A stretch of 64,000 bases of DNA from Eledone cirrhosa (lineage: Eukaryota), in assembly GCA_964016885.1 (NCBI GenBank), contig OZ024743.1, positions 360,158,001 through 360,222,000 on the forward strand, in the 5' to 3' direction. The notes below the pieces were generated by a model. That model made no database searches. It was not told where the DNA came from and was given only the letters and a program-made list of their open reading frames with translations. Below are positions 51,647-64,000 of the stretch, piece by piece; position 1 is the stretch's first letter, and each line of letters begins with the position of its first letter. The position numbers and the translations under genes were made by a program.

Positions 51647-52094
51647 TAAGAGGAATTCCAACTTTGTCTGATTTACTCGTTTTATTTACAATCCTTTAAA
51701 ATTTATAATGGTATTATAATGAAATAGTATGATAGAATATTAAATTCTAAGTGTTAATTGGACAAGTACTTTCATGCTTTCGCAATCTTCTAATATGTGG
51801 TAACAGTCAAGTTTGCAATTTTCAACTGTAATAAGATGGGTAAATTTTGTACCTTATATACAGTGAAAAGTGGCTCCAGAATGCTAAATCTTGCAAACTG
51901 TATTTCGACCAATCGGTGTGTAGTTTCAATGAATTACTAAAGCTTATTGGTTTAAGCGTCACGGCTGGTTGAGCATGTCTAACGACCAATAATTAATCCT
52001 ATCCGAAGCATCAATTGTTTTGCTATCTTTAGAAATGATGAAAATAGCATTTCTAGTAATCATCACCATCAACATCACTTTTATTATTATTATT

Positions 52095-52130
<36 letters not shown>

Positions 52131-52800
52131 AGTGGTCGTAATCAACATCAAGAGAAAAATCAAAGAAAATAATTTTATTGATAAATTCAAACCCAAGCTA
52201 AATGAACAATAATAACGCTTAGGGGTATTACTTCTACTATGACTATGACTACGACCATGTCAACTACGACCACTAACAACAACAACAACAACAACAACAA
52301 TAATAATAATCATAATAAAAGTGATGTTGACGGTGATGATTACTAGAAAATGCTATTTTCATCATTTCTAAAAATTGCAAAACAATTGATGCTTTGGATA
52401 GGATTAATTATTGGTCGTTAGACATGCTCAACCAGCCGTGACGTTTAAACCAATCAGCTTTAGTAATTCAGTGAAACTACACACCGATTGGTCGAAATAG
52501 AGTTTGCAAGATTTAGCATTCTGTATCCACTTTTCACTGTATATAAGGTACAAAATTTACCCATCCTCATTACAGTTGAAAATTGCAAACTTGACTGTCA
52601 CCACATATTATGAACCTGACGATTGCGAAAGCATGAAAGTACTTGTTCAATTAACACTTAGAATTTAATATTCTATCATACTATTTCATTATAATACCAT
52701 TATAAATTTTAAAGGATTGTAAATAAAACGATTAAATCAGACAAAGTTGGAATTCCTCTTATTAATATAATCTTCTATACACAATCATACACACCCGTGT
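51641..52800 (+). mobile_element. PLE-derived fold-back element with ~500-bp inverted arms
   Basis: Arms ~51641-52140 and ~52270-52767, a short unpaired tail, and an intact hammerhead in the right arm only. Confidence 0.82.
52611..52649 (+). ncRNA. Minimal type I hammerhead ribozyme motif
   Basis: tgaac-CTGACGA-t-TGC(gaaa)GCA-t-GAAA-GTAC-TT-gttca. Confidence 0.8.
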
Positions 52801-52830
52801 ATATTTATCTGTCTATCTATCTATCTATCT

Positions 52831-54700
52831 GGATCACAGGGGCTGGATCACTGCTATGCACAGCGGCCGCATCTGCTCTAGGGTCAAGGTGAACGGCTAC
52901 CTCTCGGAGCCGTTCAAAATCGCGCGGTCCATCCGACAAGGGTGCCCTCTCTCCTCCCTTCTGTATGTGTTGACTCTCGAGCCACTACTGCGGAAGTTGG
53001 AGTTGTTGCAGGGCATCCCTTTGGAACCGGGATTGCGGAAAGCGGTGTCGGCCTACGCCGATGACGTGACAGTAATGGTGTCGACGGCCTCCGAAATCGA
53101 GGCGGTCGGCACCTTACTGGAGGAGTACGAAAAGTTCACAGGGGCTAAGCTGAACCGGGACAAGTCGATCGGTTTGCAACTCGGCACGTGGAGGGGCAGA
53201 CCGATGCCCTCCGATAGCGTCGTCGGACGCTGGACGGAGGGCCCGGTGAAGTTGCTCGGGGTCTGGTTCGGACCGGACCTCCAGGTGGAGAAAAACTGGG
53301 CGGAGGTTACGAACAGGGTGTTTGCACTGACCCAGAAGTGGGCCAGTTGCAAACTATCCCTGAAAGGTCGGGCGGAGGTGGCGAACACCTACATAGCGTC
53401 CGTCATCTACTACCGCCTGACCGTAGTGCCCTGCCCAAGGGAAACCCTCACCAAGATGGAGCGCGCGCTCTTCCAATTCCTTTGGAAGAGGCGGGCTCCT
53501 ATGGTGAGGAGATCCATCTGCTGTCAACACCCTTCGAAAGGAGGGCTGGGGATGCCGTGGCTAATGATGCGTAAACACGCATTAAGGCTACGGCACCTCT
53601 ACGTATTCCTCACCGGACAACCGGTGTGGGCCTCGTTTGTGAGACGAACCTTTCCCAGACTCGTCTCACTCACCGAGCTGCAATCCTGGGTCAAGCAAAG
53701 ACCGAGAAAACTGGGCGCCTGGCACACTGAGTGTGCCCAGGCGCTCACCGCCCTCTGGCAGGCGGATCCGGTTGTCAGTGGAGACTCCACCGCAACATTC
53801 TATAGAGGGCTGGTACGCAGCAGGTGCGACGACGCCCTCGGAGAAGCCCTAGACATGGAGGAGGACGAACTGGCCAGCCTGTTCGGTAGGACATTCAGCC
53901 CGGGACCTATGGACAACTTCCAGAAGTCCCTGGCCTGGCAGTGCTACCGAGGGGCTTTACCCGTTCGAGAAAGGCTCTACAGACACGGGCGCCCGGGTAG
54001 GGACCCCGCCAAAAAGATCTGTCCCAGATGCGTGTGCGACGAGGAAACCGTTGCACACGCATTAGTACACTGCTCGGGCGTAGCCGATCTGTGGGGCTAT
54101 GTCGAACAACTGCTGTCAAGGGTGGGACCGATCCGGTTGACCACCGAGTCTATTGTAATGATCAAGCCGCCTCCCCCCCTTCAAAGATGAAGCAGAGGCG
54201 GTGTTTCTGTGCGTAATAGCCATGGCGAAAGAGGTTGTATGGTGGACGCGTCTGAAAGGACTGAGGTCGGGCACCTTTCTCTCTGGCCAACAACTGGTCC
54301 GTTTCTTCCGATATCATTTCGGAAGAAGGATCAGGATGGAGAGAGAGGTGCTGCACCCCAGCCGTTTCTATGAAAGATGGGTGAAAGTGGCGAGAATGGC
54401 CCGTGTGAATGGGCCTTCACTCTACATCAGACTATAGGTGAGGAAGATGAAAGACCAAGGGAGCACCCCTTCTCTGTGCTCCTGAGGAGAAGGGTTGCAC
54501 ACTTCTTTCGGGGGTGTGTGCGACCCCCCAAGGCGCCTCCTCTCTATTGAGGATTTTGTTAAAAATTTTATTTTTTGTTATATCTTATTTTATTTTTATA
54601 TTTTGTTATTGCCTCCTCCTTATTGAGGACGCCTTTTTGTGTAAACTCCCCCCATTGTACTTGTCCCACTTTTGATGCCCTAGTGGCAAATAAAAGAAAT
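52831..54700 (+). mobile_element. 5'-truncated Tx1-like LINE of a sister family, inserted in (TCTA)n
   Basis: 444-aa RT/C-terminal ORF (52856-54190, frameshift in a C run, continues to 54437) homologous to the ORF2 above. 'tatctgtctatctatctat' lies on both flanks. Confidence 0.9.
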
Positions 54701-54727
54701 ATATCTATCTATCTGTCTATCTATCTA

Positions 54728-54805
<78 letters not shown>

Positions 54806-54823
54806 TGTATATATATATATATA

Positions 54824-55585
<762 letters not shown>

Positions 55586-55956
55586 ATGTAAATTTAGCGA
55601 GAATCGCATTTCGGCGGGTAGAAATTAGCGAAACGCAACTTCCGTAACGTGTAGACAAGCGCTGCATGGATATGAAAATACCAGAGCTATAAACATAAGT
55701 TAAAAAGTTCATACAAACTGAGACGATGGTTAAGAAGCCATTAACCACCAGAGCCAAATAAGCGAACAAGCTAAACAGGTCAAACAAAATAAGATATGAT
55801 CGAAATAGTTACCCGGACCCTCGGGGAAGATGGAATACTCCGAATTTGGGTTTCTGCAACACCTAAATTAATAATACTCTCTGCTTATAAATAAGCTTTT
55901 GGTATAATGATCGAACAAGGCATCGCTTTCTCAACAGGCATTTTGTACTTCGTAGT

Positions 55957-56040
<84 letters not shown>

Positions 56041-56146
56041 TAGCTAAGCAAAACAAGACCACAAATTTCACAAGGAAGACATTATTAAAAGATTGTCAAC
56101 ATATTTTAGTTTTATGTAAGGAATGTAGATAATAATAATAATGTCC

Positions 56147-56261
56147 GTTTACAATTGTTTCGCAACTCCATATAATATTTCTCGATCAAATGATTATAGA
56201 TCATTATTGATCTGGTTCAGCTGAAAATAACTTAGGTAAAAATAGAGTAGCTCATCGGAAC
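56147..56261 (-). ncRNA. Hammerhead motif with extended stem II
   Basis: gtt-CCGATGA-gctactc...gagttgc-GAAA-CAATTG-TA-aac (U4>C). Confidence 0.65.
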
Positions 56262-58659
56262 TTCAAAAGGAATAGAAATTAACATAAGGAAAGAATGTTA
56301 CATGAATGTAATGTTCCATATATTGGTATTTCACTATGGTGTCTTGGGTATATATATTGTCTTCCATAGTTGAGCAGTATTCTTCTGTTGAGGCTGCATT
56401 GTGTGAAATTTGCCTATGGATAACAAGATGGCCGCCAATGGACATATTTAACTTACTAATTAGCGGGTGGTTTCAGGGGAAGTAACTCCCGAGATATAAG
56501 AAATTGTGGGTAGTTGATAGTTAAGAAGTGCTAATTTTTTAATTTTTTAATAAGGGAGGTAACTTATAATTATCTAAGTTAGCTATAACTATTTAACTTA
56601 TTAGCTACAAGTAAAAGTGGGGCTAGATGACTATGTTGGCTCAAATATTCTGTTGGCGAAGGAATTAGCCCTTCGATTTTGACAGCTAATGGTTACCTCC
56701 GTTCTATCGTTAATCGGTAGAGGTCGTGATAGAGTTATGTAATATGCTTCGGTAAGACAGAGGTCACAAGAGTTTCTTCGTCCATTGACCGGTTGGGCCC
56801 TAACCAAGATATCCCATGTTAGTGAATGTTCAATGTTGGTTAATTTAAGATGAGGGAGGTGTGCTACTAGAGTAAGTATTGGTGTAGTGTCGTGGTGTAT
56901 TTGATGGGGGGGGGGGGTACCGCGGTGTGGGAGTTATACTGTCTTAGTTTAAGATGGATACTGAATGCGATGTGGCTAGCAAGGTTAGGTGTTTTGGAAA
57001 ATGAGACTTTAATTTTGTTTTTATTAAAGAGTTTGTAATATCTATGGTTGGTGGGGGAGGGATGTTTAGATAGGATAGAGAAGAAGCGTTTAGGTATATT
57101 AGTGGTTAGTTTAGATGGGAATGGGAGGTTAAGCCAGGTGATATTTCTAGGCCTATTCCTTCTAGGTGTTCTTGTGGAGTTGGTAGGGGCCTTCATAGGG
57201 TTATTATTACCTGGGCATTTGTTATTTGTCATCCCATTGCTCATTGCTATTCTACGGTTGATTTTTAGTTTGCTACTTGGAGTGGAAAGCCGGCCACTGC
57301 CACCATTAAGATTCCCTGTATAAGTGCTGTTACTGCTAAAATTCCGGCAAATCTGGCTATATGCTAAGGTATTTTTAGTTCTAGTGTTAAGTTTATTATG
57401 GTTGTGGTGAAGTGCTGTGTTATGGCATTTAGGTATGTAGTAATAACACAGCACTTCACCACAACCATAATAAACTTAACACTAGAACTAGAAATAACTT
57501 TGCATATAGCAAGATACGCCGTGATTTTAGCAGTAACAGTACTTATACAAGGAATTTTAATGGTGGCAGTGGCCTGCCTCCCACTCCAAGTCGCAAACTA
57601 AAAATTAACCCTAGAATAGGAATGAGCAATTGGATGACAAATAACAAATGCCCAGGTAATGATAACCCTATGAAGTCCCCTACCAACTCCACTAGAACCC
57701 CTAGAAGGAATAGGCCTAGCAATATCACCTGGCTTAACTCCCCCCCCCCTATTCTCATCTAATCTAGCCACTAATATCCCTAAACGAATCTTCTCTATCC
57801 TATATAAACCCCCCCCCCCAACCATAGATATTACAAACTCTTTAATAAAAACAACATTAAAATCTCATTCTCAACAACACCTGTCCTAGCTAGCCACATC
57901 GCATTCAGTAACCATCATAAACTAAGACAGTATAATTCCCACACCGCGGTGCCCCCCCCCCCCCATCAAATACACCACGACACTACACCAATACTTACTC
58001 TAGTAGCACACCTCCCCCATCTAATCCTTCTAGCACTGACCAACCGCGTAGGTTAAACAACCCTACTCTCACTAACCGCAGAAGTAACTGCCACTGCCGT
58101 TACCTTAATGCATGCTGACTAAATGGACATTTCCTGACACCCAATAGAGTTTATAGGTGCACGGTTAAAACTGCTTCGCATACCAGCACCTATATCGGCG
58201 CTACCACTAACCCTTTTAAGGTACGCTATAACGCGCAATCTTTTTCCTTCCGAGACCCTAACAACAGATGTTCGACATCTCTAGCTAGGCTCATTAAAAA
58301 CTTTAAATTAACCAACATTGAACACTCACTAACACGGGATATCTTGGTTAGGGCCCAACCGTTCAATCGACGAAGAAACTCTTGTGACCTCTGTCTTACC
58401 GAAGTATATTACATAACTCTATCACGACCTCTACCGATTAACGATAGAACGGAGGTAACCATTAGCTGTCAACATCAAATGGTTAATTCCTTCGCCAACA
58501 GAATATTTGAGCCAACATAGTCATCTAGCCTCATTTTTATTTGTAGCTAATAACTTAAATAGATATAGCTAACTTAGATAATTATAAGTTACCTCCCTAA
58601 CACTGTCTCTCAATTAAAAAATTAAAAAATTAGCACTTCTTAACTATAAACTACCCACA

Positions 58660-59050
58660 ATTTTGGCAGTATCGGTAGAGGGTCTGACGCCATGCTTTCC
58701 AGCATAGTTACGTCCCTTTACGATCTGAGTTCAAATCCCGCCGAGGTTGACTTTGCCTTTCATCCTTACGGGGTCGATAAAATAAAGTACCAGTAATGAA
58801 CTGGGTATTGCTGGCCTTGTGCCTAAAGTAGAAACAATTATTATTATTAGTGCGGTGAATTGGCAGTATCGGTAGAGGGTCGGACATGCTTTCCAGCATA
58901 GTTACGTCCCTTTACGATCTGAGTTCAAATCCTGTCGAGGTTAACTTTGCCTTTCATCCTTACGGGGTCGATAACACAAAGTACCTGTAATGTAGTGGGT
59001 AATTGCTGGCCTTGTGCCTAAAATAGAAACAATTATTATTAATATTATTA
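58660..59050 (+). mobile_element. Tandem dimer of SINE family A
   Basis: Two head-to-tail copies (58660-58849 and 58851-59050), each with B box GAGTTCAAATCC and an (ATT)n tail. Confidence 0.85.
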
Positions 59051-59085
59051 TTATTATTCTCTACATTCCTTACATCAAACTAAAA

Positions 59086-60891
<1,806 letters not shown>

Positions 60892-60945
60892 GTTATATAT
60901 ATATATATATATGTGTGTGTGTATATAAATGTGTGTATATATATC

Positions 60946-61019
<74 letters not shown>

Positions 61020-61586
61020 TAAAGTTAGTCCTTCATCAGTGATCTTCCAACCATCATTCGTATTTCATCGCTTTAAAGACCATATACCTCCGGTTGGTGC
61101 GAGCAACGGCTAAAAAAAGTCGTTGCGACACGTAAATAAAGGGGACACGTGAGTGTAAACAAACAAAGATGGTGAAGCAACGAAAAATGAGGAAGAAGGA
61201 GTCAAGTCCCAAATTTCCATGAATATATGTTCGGTGAAATCGTGAACTAGAGAGAATAAAGACCATCAAACCTGGTTGGAATGTGAGAGAGAAAGGAATT
61301 CCGTACAGGTCTAACGGGAGGAAGAAGGGATCTAGTCTGTGAATTCGGTGAACGTAATTCTGTGATATCGTAGACGAGAGAGAGAAAAAAAGCGACCTGC
61401 CTGACCAAGGGTGCGAATGAAAAGAATTACGCACAGGTCAAACGGGAAGAAGGAGGAGGAGGAGAGGTAGTAACAGAGAGTGAGTGAGTCAAGGGTGAGG
61501 AAGAGGCTAACAGAGAGCGCCCACTCCCAACCCTCTCCTACCACATGAAAAGATATAAATACCACAACATTTATTTTGGACAGCCA

Positions 61587-61635
61587 GATTTCTGATGATT
61601 TCTAAAGAATGAAACAGTTCTAGTCCTGTAGAATC
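61587..61635 (+). ncRNA. Type I hammerhead motif with a true stem III, in a PLE terminal remnant (~61180-61723)
   Basis: gattt-CTGATGA-t-TTC(taaa)GAA-t-GAAA-CAG(ttctagtc)CTG-TA-gaatc. Confidence 0.75.
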
Positions 61636-61721
61636 GCATCTATATTAAAACTTTTATACTCTGCTATATATTGAGTACCTTACTTACTGTGGTTACCTCC
61701 GATTCAACCCGGAATAACTTA

Positions 61722-61783
<62 letters not shown>

Positions 61784-61819
61784 AACGAGTAGGACCCCGA
61801 CGGGTGAGCTCAAGCCGTT

Positions 61820-62100
61820 TCGTTCGGATTATGTTCGCCTGCAAAACGGATCCAAAAGACAGGTGGTCGCTGAGGTCAGTAGGCTACACTGCTTCATCTT
61901 AGGCGAAGCAACCCATTTGTGAGCTTTCCGACCTCAGCTCAAAAATGCAAGGAGCTGAAAACCTCCGTTGCTGCCAGGACCAGGCCCGGGCCAAAATAAA
62001 GCATCATCATCAACACCAGCACCGACAGAAGCAACAATGGATGCAACATCATCATCAGCAGCAGCTATACCACCACCAATATCTACTACCAAGACAAAAT
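61820..62100 (+). pseudogene. Old relic of a Tx1-like ORF1 (zinc-knuckle region)
   Basis: SDYVRLQNGSKRQVVAEVSRLHCFILGEATHL*AF aligns by eye with PDVIDFDNGTQLPISVEGKRPKCFRCGSKTHLRAF. Confidence 0.55.
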
Positions 62101-62138
62101 CCATGCTAGGATAAAAAGAGGAAAGCTATTATATCCCC

Positions 62139-62194
62139 TTCCCGAGTCAGGTCTGATCAATGTGAGCTCACATTGATCAGACCTGACTCGGGAA
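62139..62194. repeat. Perfect 56-bp spacerless palindrome
   Basis: ttcccgagtcaggtctgatcaatgtgag|ctcacattgatcagacctgactcgggaa. Confidence 0.9.
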
Positions 62195-64000
62195 TGGATA
62201 CCTCCCCAGACGCGTATATATTCTAAATATTTTACATAAATCACTGACTATTTATTGATTTCTAAATAATGAACGCTGTGATATTTTATATATCGGATGA
62301 CTAGGTCAGACTCGTGTTAACTTACTACAAGTGTTCTCTGATATCTATCAGTAAGACACTTAATTAAGCTTTACATAAATCAAGATAACAGTAGACTAAC
62401 AGCTCATCGAGGTAGAGATTGATATCGCAACTTCTGAACGTTGTGGATTCTGACCACACAATATTTCTGTGATTTATGAAAGGATTATCTGGAAAGGATC
62501 AGACTTTAAGTCTTTGCGCCCACTTATGAGAACATTATTTATGCATATTGCCTAAATAATGAGAAATAGCATAGATTGTGGGCTATTGAAGTATTTATTA
62601 CAAAGCGATTTATTCCTGTTCTTTACAAAGACTTTTCTGTTTGAAGTTTTATCCGTTCTTTGTTAGCTTTGTCTAATAATAATCAATAATTGTATTGTAA
62701 CTCATGTTGGTTCCAGGTCGACATACACACAACAGGATGACACGTATTGGCTTCTTAAAAATAGATGAGTTATTCAATAGAATATTTGCTGGATATGATT
62801 CGCTGATATCCCACTGCTTTCCTTCTGTTTTTACACAATTTTAATTCATCAGGAATACGACCTGAGATCATGCTGTAAATTTTTATGGCTTTCTATGATG
62901 TTTGCACGTTCGTTTTTGTGTATATATATATACACATTCTTACTCACATGGGTTTGGTAGTGTTCTGTGTGTTTGTATATATACGTGTGAAGAGTGTTAC
63001 TAATAATTTATGTCTACATTTCGCCTTGCTCCATTCATAACATAAACTAGCTATTTCTGTTGTTTGTTTAATACGTTGCATTTGATTAGTTTGAAAAATA
63101 CATTGAACATATTGTAGCTTACATTGTCTATATATGTACGTCTAGAGTATGTCTATCATTCTCTTCACTCTTTATTACCTCATGTTTGATCCACTCTTAC
63201 TACTTCTAGCCTCCTTCATCCATCTTATTTCTTTCCTCTTCTTCTGTCTTTCTGAATTTCGCAGTCTCTGCATCTCTTCCTTTTGGCATCTACATATCTC
63301 TCTCATTCTATCTAGTTTGCTATCTACATATCTCTCCCCACTCTTTCTCTCTTTCAATATTCGTCTTTGCAATCTATATATCTCACCCTTTCTCGGTCTT
63401 TTGCTATCTACATATCTCTCTCCTAATCTACCTTTCGCTACGTCTGTCTATCTCCTTCGTTTACTATCTCCATTTTTCTCCAATTCCCTCTATTCTGCTC
63501 TGTCTATCTCCTACTGCTATCTACTCATCTCTTTATTTATTTCTCTTTGAATCTGCTCTTCCTTTCCAATATACGTTACCTTCTCAGTTCTTCCCTTTAG
63601 ATGTAAAATGTATTATTAGTGTCTTGAGAGTTTGATGTTGTCTACTCAACTGTGTGGATAAATATCTTGTTCTGATCATATTCTGGCAACAAATATACAG
63701 CTATATTGCTATATAGTTAGCTATATTTAAAAATGCTTACTATATGTTCTTCCCAAACCAGTGAAATAAAACATCTAGACACATTGAATAACAGACAATA
63801 AATTTCAGAATTCTATTTATTTCTATAAACTGTCGGCTACTATTCTGGACTGGCTGATATACAGTGTTTGACTCATACAGCGGCATAGAAAATAGCACAT
63901 ACAAGCACTTACATACATACATACATACATTCATACATACATACATACATACATACATACATACATACATACATACATACATACATACATACATACATAC

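Noticed and set aside
58123-58125. In-frame TGA in the Cys-rich region of a Naiad-type endonuclease (possible selenocysteine, as in Sec-encoding Naiads)
   Set aside because: The TGA falls at the Pro position of C-P-L (compare CPL near 3815), the neighbouring Cys codons are ordinary TGC/TGT, and the copy is otherwise decayed. The TGA near 42985 replaces the Gly of YIG. Both are best read as nonsense mutations.
61095-61140. Additional hammerhead-like remnants (here, and near 6262-6300, 7325-7410 and 55820-55855)
   Set aside because: Hairpin and position are suggestive, but the core nucleotides are too degenerate to support a call.

Overview
AT-rich eukaryotic DNA, most likely a cephalopod (Octopus-like) intergenic or intronic region. 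The organism call is inferred from the SINE types and the (TA)n/(CA)n density. No confident host gene is present and the window is almost entirely transposon-derived. It contains: (i) a nested non-LTR cluster on (TAA/ATT)n microsatellites at 19.4-37.6 kb, with two R4/Dong-type pieces and three Tx1/L1-clade copies, one full-length with intact ORF1 and ORF2; (ii) a sister Tx1-like fragment on (TCTA)n; (iii) an internally deleted Helitron with both termini; (iv) a 5'-truncated RTE with a PHD-like insert; (v) two tRNA-derived SINE families; (vi) a maT/mariner relic; (vii) three Naiad-type Penelope-like elements (PLEs) and many short non-coding fold-back elements sitting in (TA)n. Reading these by eye shows about 18 type I hammerhead ribozyme motifs from about 12 sequence families, some intact and some decayed. 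The standout is a 4-unit, ~425-bp tandem array at 59.1-60.9 kb in which every unit carries a hammerhead and an upstream octamer motif (ATGCAAAT; one copy mutated), resembling a retrozyme or newt satellite-2. All calls were made by manual inspection and none was checked by search or folding software.
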